From contig OZ234493.1 of the NCBI GenBank assembly GCA_965153455.1, positions 16,854,213-16,918,212 on the forward strand: 64,000 bases of DNA. The letters run 5' to 3'. This document shows, piece after piece, positions 24,204 through 39,532 of this stretch. The stretch is from Sphagnum compactum. Its lineage: Eukaryota. The position numbers and the translations under genes were made by a program. A model generated the notes under the pieces. The model was given only the letters and a program-made list of their open reading frames with translations. It searched no databases and was not told the DNA's origin. Numbering within the stretch: the stretch's first letter is position 1; each line of letters opens with the position of its first letter.

Positions 24204-27200
24204 CATTAATAGAAAACCCCCCCTTTTACAACTATGTCTTCAACTAATGCTCAACTACAAACCAAGTCGAAAACTTCACATATAGTTGCAACTTGTTTTT
24301 TGCGACTGGGAAATATTTTTTACAACTATTAACTAGTAATGTCGACAAGTACAATTTAAGAATGAAATTACAATCGAAAGTGTATGTCATGTGTCAACAC
24401 CACAACAATAACCATTACATGCCACTACTTGTCAATTTAGTTGAAAATTGTTCTATCAATCTAGTCAAGGGATGTTGTCAACTAGATTGGACTAATAGAT
24501 GAACTTCGTCCATTGACTAGGTATCACGTCATCCAAAAATATAATTACAATTTCAATTAGGTTGCAACTATGTAAGTTGAACATTTGGCCATTTGTCTCG
24601 TGACGTGTGGCATAATCATAATGTTAATACATGGCATATTCACAAATTTTGGGGTCAACAAATAGTTAAATGACATGTGGCATGTTCATAAAGGTCAACA
24701 AATAGTAAAATGACATGTGGTATGCTCACAAAATTTGGGGTCAACAAATAGTTAAAAGACACATGGCACATCCACATCAATAGGCTAGCCCACATGGTGC
24801 CTAAGCATAGGTTACATCGAAACCAAGGCATTTAAGCTAAACTTAAGCATAAGCCATTTAATTTAGGCTTAAGTTAGGGCTAGACCTAAACACCTATGTT
24901 AGCCCTAGACCCAGGCCATCTTGCAATTAATAAATGAAATTTTATTTCTTTTGGTTTAACCTTCACAGTTGAACCTTTTTTATTGCTTCATCCCAAATGG
25001 CTATTTACATTTTCATGTTTATTGTGTTCTTTAACAATCATAATTCACTCCTTTATATAGTTTAGATTCTTAGAATGGAAGCCAAAAAATATGGAATAAA
25101 AAATTTAGTTGTAACCTAATTATAATCTAGTTGCAACCTAATTACAACTTAAATAGTTGTAATTTAATTATATAAGCTAGTCTAAGTTTAGTTAGGCCTA
25201 GACGTAAACTAATAATCTACTTACCCTACATTTAGCTACTTACTTTAATTACTTATAGTATTTATTTATCGACTATTTTAATAGTATAATTTTTTAAAAT
25301 AAACATATTATCATCATTTATTAAATAATATGGCGATTAGTTATTTTTTTAAAAATAAATAATCAAATGTAATCATCTATTAATTAATTAATTATTACTT
25401 ATTACTAAATTTTTTTAGAATTCCAAATCCTTTATAATTTTTTATTAACATTTCATAAAACAATGAATTAACTCAAATATTAATATTAAATATTAATATG
25501 TAAATGATATTTAAATTAAATATTTTATTAAATTATAATGATAATTAATAATTGGCTATAAATACAACAACAACATTAATAATAATATTGTAGCTAGTAG
25601 TTAGGTTAGGCTAGTTATCTAATTATTATTATTCATATTTTTATCTAACTTGTTGGAACTTTTATGAACTAGTATAATAGATATTATATAAGAAAAAAAT
25701 ATATATATAATATCCTCAGAATATATGTAGTGTTAAATGAAAATAATCTCTAAAACTATATAATAATTTAGTAAATATATTTGCTAATTATTCCAATCAT
25801 TATTATAATTTAATCATAAATAACTAAAATAATAATAATATAATGATAATAAAATGAAAAAATGAAGAATTTATTGGAACTAATAGCCAACATTAGAATA
25901 AAAATTAAATTCTCTTAAAAATATCAATTATGTATCATTACATGATATGTTGTAAATTTAAATTAATCCACATGGGAAATAATAAATTACAAATGTATTG
26001 AACATATTCCAAAAAAAAATTAATTAAATATCATTATTTGACATGTTGTAAACTAAAATTGAACTTACATAAAAATAATAAATTATGCATGTATTGGACA
26101 TACACATTATTAAGTTGACTTATATTTCAAAAAAAAATTAAAATTTATTTTCAAATTAAAGTGTAATATTTATACGCACAAAAATATATATCATACATAA
26201 CCAATGAACCATTCATGTATAGAAAAAACATTTACATGTACCTGAATAATTAATGGTTTTTATTATAATTTTAAAAATATATTAAGACATCATATGTATA
26301 AAAATGAATAAACATTAAAGTTCCGGAAATTATTAATTATGTATAATTACTTGATATTTTGTATACTTACATGTGATTTACAAATAACTAATTAAGTACA
26401 TATATTGAACATACGTTATTACAAACTCGTATTTCAGAATTTTCTTGAATTTTATTTTGAAATCAAAGTTTATTATTTATATGCACAAAAAAAATTGCAT
26501 CATAAAGAACCATTCATTTGATACAAAAAAAAAGAAAATGATTTGATCTATTTATGAACGTAGTTACGTAATTTTGTTTTGTTTTATCATGCTGAAATTG
26601 CCCAAACCAAATTGCTTCATGCAATGCTATTAATGTATTTGAAAACTTAACAATGAGTAGGGGTGTATTGATTTGGGTTGAGAATTTTTGGAACTACAAT
26701 GCAAAGGTTATTGATTATTGAATCATTTTCTTACATTAGTAAATCATAAATAAAAATTGTATTCGAATCCAAAGGTGTATTTGGTGTTGTTGGAAAGTAG
26801 TTGCCAAGTCAAATTTAATGAAGTTTATTTCATAATTTTCATATTTAAAGTGTGGAGGATATTGAATTTTGTCGTTGAATATTCAAACAAATTACAAAAA
26901 TTTGGGATTAAAACGAAAAATGAGCTGATTGGGTTCACACTTGTGACCAACAACACATGTTATGTTATCTATCCATGAAGGAAGGTAATTTGTTTTGTTT
27001 TGTCATAATGATATCTCCCAAACCATAATGTTTTAGGTTATGCTATGGGACTTATCATCAAAATGATCTCAATGAATAGGGGTGCATTAACTTGGTTCAG
27101 AATGTTTGGAGTTATGGTGTGGACTCTATCGATTATTGAACCATTTTTTCATTGAATTATAAAAAACCAAGATTAAAAACTTTATTGGATTATGGGGGCA

Positions 27201-28970
27201 TTTTTGGTATTATTAGAAAACCTTCACCAAGTTTGATTTAACAACATTGATTCTATAATTTTGAGACCTAAAATGTGAACAAGATTATTGAAATATTAGC
27301 GGGTATTGTTATTGGAAATTCAAAAAAATTGCAAAAAAAGGTTTGGAAGGAAATATAATTGAATGCATTCAAATTTGGGCCATCAACATAGGGTACATTA
27401 ATGTTTAATGAATTTTTATCATAATTTTAAACAAATATTAATATATCATGTGTATAAAAATGAATAAACATTAAATTTGCACAATATTATTAATTATGCA
27501 TCATTTTTTAATATGTTATAATGATCTACATAAAAATAATAAATTACATGTATATTGAACATAAACATTATTAGTAACATATATTTTAGATTTTCTTTAA
27601 TGAACATCATTTGCTTGAAATTTCACGTATTCATAGTTGATTTTCTAAGTGATTGCTTCCATTACGTGATCACCCAAATTTATGAGACAAGCCAATTCTT
27701 GATAGTAGTCCATCAATTGCTTCCATTTCTTAGGTTCAACTTGAACTCAATTTACCACATGGTTTGGAATAGTTTCCAATAGTATTTTTTTGGGGGTGGT
27801 ACCACTTTGAACCACCTTGCCAAAATCATAGGAAAGTTGGACCCAATTTTTAAAAATAAAATTCCATCTACTTATACATTGGTTTATTTGATTGGATTAG
27901 GTGGGCTATGTTTTCCCCACCTATGCACACATTCGTGAAAAATAATGAACACCCAAAAACCTATAATATGCATTAACATTTTGAATCATAAACCATTCTT
28001 GACCTAATTTTTGATTTTTTTAAAAAAATGTCCTTACATTTACACATTAAATATTTTTCTTGTTTATTTAGTACATGCACAAGGGAATGATCCAAACTAA
28101 TCATTAAAACAACAAAAGGTGAAAATACTTATCATTTGTGTTCTTGACATCAACGGCCATTTAAGACTTCACAATTTTGACTTCAAAAATTCATAATTAA
28201 ATGAAAATTGATTCAATCAATTATCTATAAAAGACATCGAGTAAGTTGACATTTGAAGCATTTAAAAAAATAAACATCCAAAAAAACTTCTCAAAAAATA
28301 TATTTTTTCTATGTTCCTAATAATATATCCCTTTTGTGACATTCCTAAAACTTTTTCCTTATGCATTCATTTTTCTGCATCAAAACACATTTTTTTGTAA
28401 ATTTAATTAGAGTTTTGAATTCTACATGACTTGGGTAACCTTTTGATAAAAAAAGTTGGAACGAAAAGCTTTCTTTATATGAGTCCTATGTCGTTCTAAA
28501 GTTGAATGGGTTTCATAAATTTCATGTGTGCCATTCTTAGTGGTAACACCCAAGGATAAGTTTGTCATTCCATGCGCATCATATTGGTTTGTTAGAGATC
28601 GCGATCTGATGCCGATGATAATACTCTTGATAATCATATTCTAATCAACAATATTATTTTAAAGCATAGAGTCACATGTAGCCTACTTCAAATTTTAGTA
28701 CCCCATACCCCTATGGTTGGTGGTACTGAATATAATAGTAGATTGTGCTGTAAGCTCAAAACTCCCTCCATTTTAAATCCTCAATAGCCCACATAGCTAG
28801 AAATTGTTGATATATCGATCCCTGGAACAAATAAGGTCAACAAGGATTAATGAAAAGTTTACATTCAAAAAGATCAGGATTTTGTTCTCAGCTTGGACCA
28901 ATCAACCTCCTTTTGATTCAACAAATCAAAAGAACACTAGCTTTGCTATTGCAGAAAAAATGTAAATAAG
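24204..28970 (+). mobile_element. Left end of a putative CACTA-like DNA transposon (AT-rich arm)
   Basis: It begins CATTAATAGAAAA (one C>T from a CACTA...AGAAAA terminus). Repeated ttgcaact/ttgcgact motifs and tandem tgacatgtggca units follow (24597-24770). Positions 25290-28970 have an inverted copy at 60271-64000. Confidence 0.5.
25290..28970 (+). repeat. Left arm of a long inverted repeat (pairs with 60271-64000)
   Basis: Reverse-complement match throughout, e.g. ORF 27555-27782 vs 61494-61763. Also aagaacactagc..tgtaaataag (28970) vs cttgtttaca..gctagtgttctt (60271). Confidence 0.93.
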
Positions 28971-31900
28971 ACCGACTAATTGATGGACAATAAGATTTCA
29001 ATTTTAAAGAGAGCTTCCAAGTTCCAACCCCATAGCTCCTTGCAAAATATCCTCCAATAGCATAACAAATGATGTTGTAATAATGTCGTAATCACTTGTT
29101 GGTTTATAGGGTCTTGTTCCCTTTAGAGCTATTCCAACATCTATTAACTAGCTCTACCAATATCCATTACATAACTTGTCGGCAATTAGGTTCTCCTTCA
29201 ACCATGTACAAGACGTCAATTAAAAATAACAAAATGCACAAGTAAGCGAGACACGAAACACCTCCCAATAGCTCAACCTAATCTTTTTATGCCTTGTGTG
29301 GTTCTGCATAAAATTGTGCTGCACAATTTCGCTTCTTCTGCATGTTCCCAAAAAAATTAATTCATTTCATTTTTTAAAAAATTTGTTATCTCACACATCA
29401 ATTTTGAAGTAGCATCACAAAAGAAAATGACAGTACCAATCAACAACATAATTTTTACCATTACATAGGATCAGTCATAATGTTTATTTGACATAAAAAG
29501 AGCGTCAAAGTATTCAAAAATATTCTTCACATCCAAGTTTATTGGGCCCCGGACTAACGCATTCGATCCAACTTTTGGAAGTTTTACCTTATTAAAACTG
29601 GTTTCACATTTGATGAACCCGTTTCTTTGTTGAAAGTGTTTAGATTGTTTAAATTGAAACAAATGTTTTTCTGGCGTTCAGAGTGTGGACATAGTAGGTA
29701 GATGTACAACATCTTTTTTATTGGCAGGGCTCGTGTGTTTGTGACGCCTTCTTTATTTACTTTTTTTTGCTATCACACCCATGAAACTCCGACAATAAAT
29801 AGTGGAGGACTACTAATAACAAACCACCTGGACCAATCATTAAGTCAATCAGAAACGCTGCACTGAAGTCAGATCATATTTATTATATCCTTTTCGCCGC
29901 CTTTTACTAGCCACCGCAACCTGCACAATTACGATGAGCCAAACAATTTTCATGACCCTAGCCGGTAGAGATATTTTAACTTTTCCTCATCCAATTTTAC
30001 TGTGCAAATCCCACACTAAATACCTCTGAAGATGCTCCTACACATTGAACTACTAACTTAGCTCACTCAAAATAACTGAGAAAACAAATTCAAATCACCA
30101 AATCCAGCATTCTCATTCGCTTCGAAAAATAAAATCTTCAGACCTACCCACAACCCTATCATCCTGAACATTGAAAACAATGATCCCCTTTTATCATTTC
30201 CATTGGTCCTTTTGAAGTCTCAAAAACTTACCAAACCTTATTACACATTTAATTGTCAGTTCACTCAAGATAACTAAAAAAATTCATACCACCAAATTTA
30301 ATAATTTTATAGGTCGAAACATTTTTTCTTCATACCTACACATAAGCTTATTCAACACCCTCCACAGATTAGTACACTAATACTATGACCAGTGTCTGCT
30401 GTATACAGACGGGGTAAAAACTCAAGGCAATCTGTTCTTCAAAGGCTGGAATGTTTTTCGTTTTGTGCATCTTATGTATGTTTCTCTGAAAGAAGGATTC
30501 GGTCTCTCCCAGTCTCTGGGTGTCCCCTATTAGTCATTGTTCTCTTGTATGACCAATTTTAACCCTTAAATGGCATAAACCCTAAACCCTAAATAGTCCA
30601 ACTTTGGTTTTCAAAGGGTCCCACTTTGAAAGAAGAACCAGCCCTTACAAACCTCCAGAAAAGCCATGTCAAATGTCGGATTTTGGAAAATCCATCTTGG
30701 TAGAGTTCTATCTGACTTCAAGTGGGATTTTTCTGTTAAAACAAGAAACTTACAACAGGTGACTAAAAGATCAATGTGTCGGCCTGAGACTGGCATAGGC
30801 CGACTGGCATTCTTGATGGAGTGGCACACAAAAAGGAGAGGGGGACTTGGTTGAGATATGGAAAATCCCCATTGTTTGGGGTGGGGGAAGGGTGAGCCCC
30901 TTGTGACAAAGAAGTCACAATTGTCAGTCATAGGCCATACCTACCAAACCCCCTCCCAAAAATGGGCAGTTCCTACAACAATGTTCTCCAACTTTTTTTA
31001 ATGTGTCTAAGGCTCAAGCCTGATTGAACGTAGGGTTGTTCTCATCAATTTTGCGTTGTTCTTCAAATGATCATTTTGTGTTGATGCCAAAAAATTCATG
31101 CATAGAGTTTTGCACACAAAGAGGTTCACATAAAAAAAATTCACACAATGAAAAGAAAGAAAACCCTGCACATAAAGAGCTCACATATTATGTCTTTGCA
31201 CATAGAAAACAGCCACATAAAATGATTATGCTTTCACGATTCTCGTCATTGAACCTTAAATTTTAGACAACATGAGCCAAGGAAAATGAAATGGAACATC
31301 AATCAACTGCCCATGGCCATGACTTGAAATGGACATTTGCAACCCCTCCCCCTCCCCACCCCCCCAAAGATAACAGAACTCCAAAATTCAAAGAACCAAT
31401 GTTATTGAGACAAAATGTTGACAAAGACATTTTTTTTATAAATCTCCTCACTTAATCCACCCTTGTGTCATCGCATTGAATTCAAAGTTGATTTTGCATA
31501 GGACATACATAAACATTGGAATTAAAGAATAGGACACATGTGTGCACCAAAATTGGAATCTAGAATTGTCATCTTGAAATTGGTTGATGATGCCAAACAT
31601 GTGTCAACATTGTTCGCTACAAAGACCAAATTCATGCCAACAACCAGGTGACACCAGAAATTTGCAAGTTCCTCTTATTGACACCATTGCAATTACTCTC
31701 ATTATTCTACCAAACTTAAAGCAATCTTACATATGGTCAAGATTGTTAAGGCTAACTAGTCCTCAAATATCTTTGCCTTCTTCAAAGTCATTACCATCAT
31801 GTTCATGATCACTTTCACTTGCATGTGCTCAACATAATCCTTCGACACCTTTCTCTTCTGATCTTCCTTTACAGCTTTATCACCTTGCAAGTGCTTTTCA

Positions 31901-33879
31901 CCACCATCACTCAAGGATTCCACAAGTTTTCATTCCTCAAATTCCTCCATTATATTAGTCACTAGATTCTTTACCTTACGGCAAGGCCTTTCATTGAATC
32001 AAATCTTACATCAACCAATTTGGGCATGTTTTTCAAAAGTGACCAACAATGAATGTATGTAAAAGAAGCTTTGGGTGCTTGAGCTTTTAGAAGTCCTTGC
32101 TTTTTGTAAAACATCCTCCAAAAATGTTTCAGAGTCATTCAAAATAAGCACGGAACCACAACAGGCAATGAATTTTCTATGTCAAATGCTTAATAGTAAT
32201 ACCTCTTTTTATCTCTAGACTTCATGCAAGACAATGTCCATAATTTTGTTGCTTGTACTTCACAAAATGTACCTAAAATTGAATTGAATTATACTCGCAC
32301 TAATATCCACTCACACACCTACTCCAATTTGTTTCAATATTCCAACACATGGAGCTAAAATTTTCACAAACATATTCAATACAAATCAAACATTCATCAT
32401 AGTCTAAACTATGGACATTGTTATATTAGCATACAACCAATAATTTCTACCTTGCCCAGTACACGTGGTTTGGTAAAATATGGTCAACACATTGTTGATT
32501 CAAAATCACATTGCATTATTAAAATCTAATATGTTTCATTTCACATACAATTAGATCACCATATCTATTATTATGTGTCATGAACCCATCATATTAAGCA
32601 TGTGTCATTAATGTCATTCAAACTAAATTGCTAGAATTAGCATAAACAATAATTACACATTAAATGAGAATTACAAGAAATTGCAATGAAAGGACCTTGG
32701 AATAAATATTTAAAAACTCTAGGTACCTACTACCCATAACAACGTCAATCCACAAATTTTCCCACAAATTACAATCCCATAACAAATTTACTCCCAAAAG
32801 CATCTCATCAAAATATATTCAGTTTAAGTATGTATTCAAGCATGCTTTATACTCCACCAATGACATTGAAATTGCAAGGGACTATTCACTGATGAAGATC
32901 CAAGGAGATGTGATATGAAAGGACAAATGAGCGAGTCAAAATTGGGAGATTTGATTATGAGATTTGATATCCCGTGTCTAGTGTTCAAACACCAAAAGGC
33001 ATTGCTACAAAACACTCCGCTTCCCTACCAAGCATACTCTAGTGAGTGTACTAGGAGTTGCTCCTATAGCTCCTATTATACTAATTTGGAATTGTCATTA
33101 AGTTAATCCAATCATTATAGAAGACCCAATCCACCCATAGTTCATGTTGACCACAATGCATTTGTTTTTTTCCAAAAGTCATGACATGTTTCACTATCCT
33201 CCACCTCTATAGAGTATATATGCATAAGTTGGCATGATTTTTGAATTCATGTAACCAAGCAAGGGCAAGAGTAAACCAACAAAAGTCATCCTTATTTTAT
33301 TTTGATTCTGTGAATAATTATGGTCTTTGCAACTTGCACACCAATCCTGAATTGGAGAATTCAACATAAACTCTCAAAAAATATCAGACTCAATTTATTT
33401 GGGGGAGTTAATCCATACCTCTGCAAGTAAATTTTAGCTTGAGCAATGGCGACAGATTGCAGTGCTCATGTTGCTGTAAGGTTCTTTCCTTTCATTTCTT
33501 TATTCTGGGAATTAGATTCTTGTCGGTGATTAAGGAGAGTAGTAGGCCAGGTGGAAACCCAAAGAAACATGATATCAAAGAGGAAGGGAATGCATCAATT
33601 TGAAGAAAATCCCAATTATCAATACACACACTAACCGAACAATAATGGTTTCATTTGTTTAATGAGACTACTTGAAATTCTCATATGGTGCTCACCAATT
33701 GATTGCATAGCATCTGGGTCCCATTACCGGTTCACAATACAAATGGTAGTAATGTTTTGTATCCTCTAGAGAAAAATAATCATGAAGTTTGTGTCAATCT
33801 CCTGAGGTGGTTACACTTGTTCCATGTACATGACATGCCCATGATGAGACTAGACAACTCTTCAATAATGAAGTATGAA

Positions 33880-34300
33880 ATATTTCACAATCCTACGTGG
33901 CACCAAAAGAGACTAGGTATTGTATCCTCATTTATGAGGGTTTTATAGAAATTTCAAAATTAATTTCAGTTGATGATTTTGGTTAGGGAAACGATTCAAC
34001 AAACACCAAAAGAGACAAGGTCTTGTATCCTTTTTTCTGAGGGTGTTCTTTTGAAAATCTCAGGAATATTTTGAGCTGATGATTTTGGTTAGGGAAACAA
34101 TTTCATACTCCTAGGAAACACAAAACGAGGATAAGTCTTGTATCCTTGTTTATGAGGGTTTTTTGGATATTCAAATATTTTGAGCTGACAATTTGGTTAG
34201 GAAAACATTTCACAACCCTAGGAAACAACAAAAGAGACTAGAGGGGTTATTTGGAAACTTCAAAAGTATTTTGTCTTCATGATTTTGGCTTGGCAATTGG
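33880..34300. repeat. Copy-B minisatellite, one unit shorter than in copy A
   Basis: Anchors at about 33981, 34087, 34195 and 34287 (four, versus five in copy A). Confidence 0.8.
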
Positions 34301-34333
34301 ATTATAAGGAGCTTAGGTCACCACCATCAAATT

Positions 34334-35241
34334 TTGTGGGTGAAGGGTGCGTTGGGTTCGGTATTTTTATCTTGGAGTCTAGAAACAATTTTGAGTTTTG
34401 AAACATGGCAGGCAGCAAAACCATGCATATGTACAACATTCTCTTCTGGAAAACACAAATGTGCGGAGACAACCTCCACAACAACATACCACAGCCTTGA
34501 CATAAAAGAAACAGACAAGAGATTTTGAGGACCATCTGAATACATTGCTGAGTACTTCCCTAAACAATCCAATGCACATCGGATCACAAAAGATGGGATT
34601 TCCCTTCTTGGTTGTGTTCCAACTGGGGCACAATACAAGAAACCTGCACAACTGAATATTCAGGTTCATATAATGAAAAGCCTATATTCCCAGCACAGCC
34701 TAAAAAGGAGGCCAATTTGGACCCATATTCTTGCACTTTTAGAGGAAGAACAACATATGATGATTCATACGTGAGCTGGCCTGCAAACCCTAGATCTGGG
34801 TTTAAGCCACCTGGGTTTCATTCAAACCCAAAGGCTTTGGAAGGCAAAACATCCTACACACATGATTACTGGGATAAATCAAGGCCTGTCCAAACCTGGA
34901 GAAAATCCGAACATTGGCCACATACCTATTCTCTTTGTGAAACCCACCATCCTCATAAGTTGGAATCCATGCCTTCAAAGCCTCTAGACACGGCATCTCG
35001 AATAATACCATATAGCAAATTTGCTGAAAATACAACATATTCTGATCATTATAGGAAGTGGAGAGTCCAAGATAGTGTAAGGAATGTGAAAGAGGTTAGA
35101 TGGGGACCAGAAGTAGAGAAATATGTAGGCCACACAACCTACACACAAGGTTTCCGTAAATGTTCAGTAGGGGAAAAATGCAATGTTTTGATGCATCCTA
35201 AGCCAACGGTTTTGGTAAATGGCCACCAATGTTACCCATGA
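34334..35241 (+). pseudogene. SAXO-like pseudogene
   Basis: TGA at 34526-34528 (CAA in copy A), a 1-bp deletion near 34650, and the Cys motif degraded to CICTTFSSGKHKC. Confidence 0.85.
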
Positions 35242-38209
35242 AAAGAATCAATATCTCCTTCACCAAATACCTTGACATGTGGAGAACTTATTCTATTCTA
35301 TGCTAACTTTTAATGTGAAATTATTATTTTTGACCACTATGTTTGCAAGTGTTTAACCTTTGTGTATGGTCAATGCACCTCTTCATAGCCATATAATCCA
35401 TAAAAACTATAATTTCAAACTCCTTTACAATCATATTAGTTTTTTTTTTAATTGAAATTTCTTTCAACATTTAAGTTTTCTGTGCACACTCATGAATCCT
35501 AAAAACATTAGTTTTCCTCAAAAGTCTTCAAAACCTTGGTGAAGCTCTCAAGTCAACATTTATTATTCGGGGGGCAGTTTGCACAAACAGGTATGCATTG
35601 ACGCCCCATTTGCTGCCCAAATATTGGGCAGGGCAACTTCAATCAATGTGTCTGAAATATATAAAATTTCACAATACCTACTGTATTGAATAATAAATAT
35701 GAGTGTACATATATGGTCATATTGGGTTGCATTTGTCATGTTTGTACATATTTCCAAAGTCCAAAAAGGTTAAGATTACATTTGGATCGAAGATATATCT
35801 ATTTTGATGATGGATCTTTTTCAAAAGTCTTCTGTAGAGAACAATTGTTCTGGTATAATGCATTATAAAATTGAAAAACATGTGAAACTGCACCTTCTTC
35901 CCCAAGAGATTCATTTGAATGGATTTGCTGTTCGCTTATGGAATACCATTTGCTCGGGTATTTGCCAAGTTCACTTTACCTGTTTCTGTGATTTGTATAA
36001 TCACATTGATGCCGCTGTAGTTCACCTGTTAGGGATTAATCCACCTCACTTAAGCATGTGCCAAGCAAATGATGAACCAGTTATGTGCTGCTGTGTTGTC
36101 CAGCAGGGTTAAGATTCACTGTTGCAATTCTCAAGCACATAGAATCAGTTCATCATGTATAGTGCACTCATAGTATCTTCAAGCAAGTTGTGCTAGTTTG
36201 CATGGGTTATGGATACGAAAGGTATGTAAGAATTTTTCAAACCGTAATCACTTTTGCTACTGTTTAATTCCTGTTTGAGCAGTAGCAACGAGACTTTTCC
36301 AGCAAGTTGTGATGTCAGCAGGTTTGTGTGGGGATTGCTCGATTACAGTGAGCAATGGCAAGTGGGTCGTCTGACAATGTGCAAATAAGGATATTCCCAT
36401 GGTCAGTTCATATTCTTTCACATCTAGCATGCGGGCAGTGTCAGGTCTGCTGTGCAACCATGGAAGCATGTTGACGTCTGACCCTGTGATTTTCTTCTTC
36501 TCTAGGTTTTTTAGAAGTTCTCTGCCTTGGTGAACACTCATACAGAATAGAGATCTTGTTTGTGGAGGAATGTGTAGGTGTTGAGAAACTCTTGTCCTGG
36601 TTTGAAATGACATGAATTTACATGAACAGGGCAGGTCCAGAGAAGTATGCATCAATGTGGCCTGTGCCTCCAAAGTAGTTCCTCTACAACAGGAGGCTTA
36701 CCTAAATCTGAGGGAAAAAGAGATGAATAAGCATAATGCTAGAATTTGTGGCATAAAGGATTGTCAAGATGCAAGAGGAAGTTTTTGATACATGTGAAGG
36801 CAAAGGCGAAGAGTTTGGAGATGAAGATTTAGAGTTTGGACAAGAAGAAGATGCAGATTTCAATGAGTTTGAAGATTTTTCAAGAAGAAGATCTGGAAGA
36901 TTCAGAAGAATCAGAAGACTCTGACAACTATGAAGGACTTGAAGCCTTTGGAGGGCCAAGAGGCTTTTCAGTTCCATCACAATACTGACAGGAAGCTTCA
37001 ATCCAGATTGAAGCTCCCGTTGCTGAAATCTATGAAATTCTTGAGTCATGGGGTTTTATAACCAAGAGGAAGAAGCAACCCATGCCAAATGATTCTGTGT
37101 TAGGCCATGAAGATCATCATGTTGTAGCATGGTATCACAAGGTGAGTATAGGACTTGTGGAATTTTATGCATGGTGTGACAATTATCAGAAAGTGAAGGC
37201 TATTGTGAACTACCCACTTACGGTGGTCACTCATTCATACATTCTGCAAGAAGCACAAGTCAAGCTCAAGCCAGATAATTAAGGAATATAGGAAGAACTT
37301 GATCACAACACATGATGGTAAGCAGAGATCACAGCATTTGGGAAAAAATCTGTTACTAATAGTCCAATCCATCCCAATTATTGACAGATCTTCTGTTTCC
37401 AAAAATGAGAAGGGACAGGTTGCCAAAGGGTGCACAGTTGAGGAATTCATGTCATAGAGACACCACCAATTCAGTCTTCTTCCACAAATTTGATATTATA
37501 CATCACCAGGACACAGTATGTTTAACCAGCTCAAGAGGTGCAAATTGGGCAATGAGTTTTTACAGGAAGAAAGCATTTAATGTCACATGCAATTGTCAAG
37601 GGGACTCACTTACAGATTTCCAACTTAAGGGCAGCTTCGTCAATTCAAATATGTACTTGGGAAGAAATCTCATCAAGAAACCCTATGGTTGGAGCCTCCA
37701 ATAATGTGCAATCAGGTACACAATTTCTCATATGTTTCAAGAGATTTTGGCACTTGAAATTCCAAGTAAGCCAACTCTGTTAGGGTCTAGGAGAAATTCA
37801 ACTGGAAATCCGCTAAATCTCTTGTGCTGAAAGAATTATATAGCTACACTTTCTTAAACGCATATTACATTAAGTACAGATATAGCATCTCTATTGACAA
37901 GCTGAACCAAATTGAAAGCCTCTTTGGATAAAATAAGGAGGAAGTGATGCTATCCAACATAAGTTTTTCTTTGATAATCAAGCCTCTGATTCAATTCCGA
38001 AGAAACTTTGAAAAGTAGTTCTTGTTCTTCAACAGATCAATTAAACCAAACTCGGTGGAGCTGCAAAGCCTTAGGAACCTGAAAAACTGACTATTGACAA
38101 CTCCAATTCATACACAGTAGGAGTTCAGGAAATCCAATCTACAGGGAGGCTCCAAGGCCACTTTTTCAGTGCTACTGCATCTGATAACAGTGTTCAACAA
38201 TGGTGGTGT

Positions 38210-38880
38210 AAATTTGTTGATGAGCCTGAATGCAATAGCTGATTTCTTACTATGGTGGCACAAATGAAGTACCTTTTCTTCTTCCTCAACATCATGCTGC
38301 AGAAGTTTAGTACATGGCACATACCCTGCAACTAAACTGGGAGATGGATTTGCCACCCCCACAAAAGTGACAGCATCTGGTCACACACCGTCCTGTTGCA
38401 TTTGTTCAAATAGTTCGAGTGCCTTCTGCCCTTGCCCACATTTCACATGTTCCAAAACCATGGTGGTTCAAGAGACCACATCCTGTGATGACATCTCATT
38501 CAACACTCTCCAAGCATCCTCCATGCTCCCACATTTTGCATACATGTCAACCAAGCTATTCACCACAAAGACATCTGAATCCCATCCACTTTCTATGATC
38601 TCCTCATGAACACACCTGCCCTCCTCAAGTGCAACTATGCTGGCACATGCATTTAACACCCCCACAAAAGTAATAGAGTTTGGTTGTACACCTTCCTGTT
38701 TCATTCTTTAAATAGTTCTAGTGCCCCTTCTGCCATTGCCCACAGTTCACATGTCCAAATATCATGGAGTTCCAAGTGACCACATTTTGAGATGGCATTT
38801 TGTTGAACTCCAAGCATCCTCCATGCTCCCACATTTTGCATACATGTCCATCAAGCTATTCCCTACAAAGATATCTGAAT
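38210..38880 (-). pseudogene. PLS PPR-DYW pseudogene with an internal deletion
   Basis: PLS motifs run on into ...DAVTFVGVANPSPSLVAGYVPCTKLLQHDVEEEEKVLHLCHHSKKSAIAF. Stops and frameshifts are present, HSE has become HSK, and DYW is truncated. Confidence 0.9.
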
Positions 38881-39049
38881 TGTGGAAAAAAAGTGACCTG
38901 TATATATGATCTCCCTTCTACTTGGCAACATCATGACTGCTTCAACCACAAAAGATAGAGACATGCTCATGACCTCCCTAATCTCACTCAGTACTGTACA
39001 TACTAGGATTTCCAAAGTTGCTCTTCCACCTGAATAGCCACAAAAGAGT

Positions 39050-39532
39050 CTAGAACACCTCAAAAGCCCTGGCAGTGTTGTTGTCAGATCCTGACAAAAT
39101 AAACCGAACATCCCTGCAAGCGAACATGAGCATTGAAAAGCAGCTCTCAATCCCTGTGAATAACCACTGCCTACTGGAAACTTTACGTGTTGAATTCTTT
39201 CTTGAAACCTGGCAATTTTGATTCTGAACCTAGCCTAACAGGCATAAGCTATTTCCATTCAGTCGCAAGTCAACTTAACTTCCCCCATAATGAAAATGGA
39301 CAGTAGTCTGTTCTTGACTCTTTGAAGGAACCTTTACATCAATGCATGAAAAAGCCATGGGAGAAAGGAAGACACACTTTGTGCTGGCAATATCTAATAT
39401 GATGTCTTTATGTCCTTGATATGTGCATTCACAGTTCCCTGTGCAGCCATCCCATGCTCTAACTTTCCCATCCAAGGAGCCTGTATAAACAAGTTGAGAC
39501 ATAGGAGACTGCAGAAGTTTCACCACCCCATC
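39050..39532 (-). pseudogene. WD40 AAMP/SQT1-like terminal exons, copy B
   Basis: ORF 39275-39571 contains VYTGSLDGKVRAWD..YQGHKDIILDIA and is the paralogue of 18642-19129. Confidence 0.75.
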
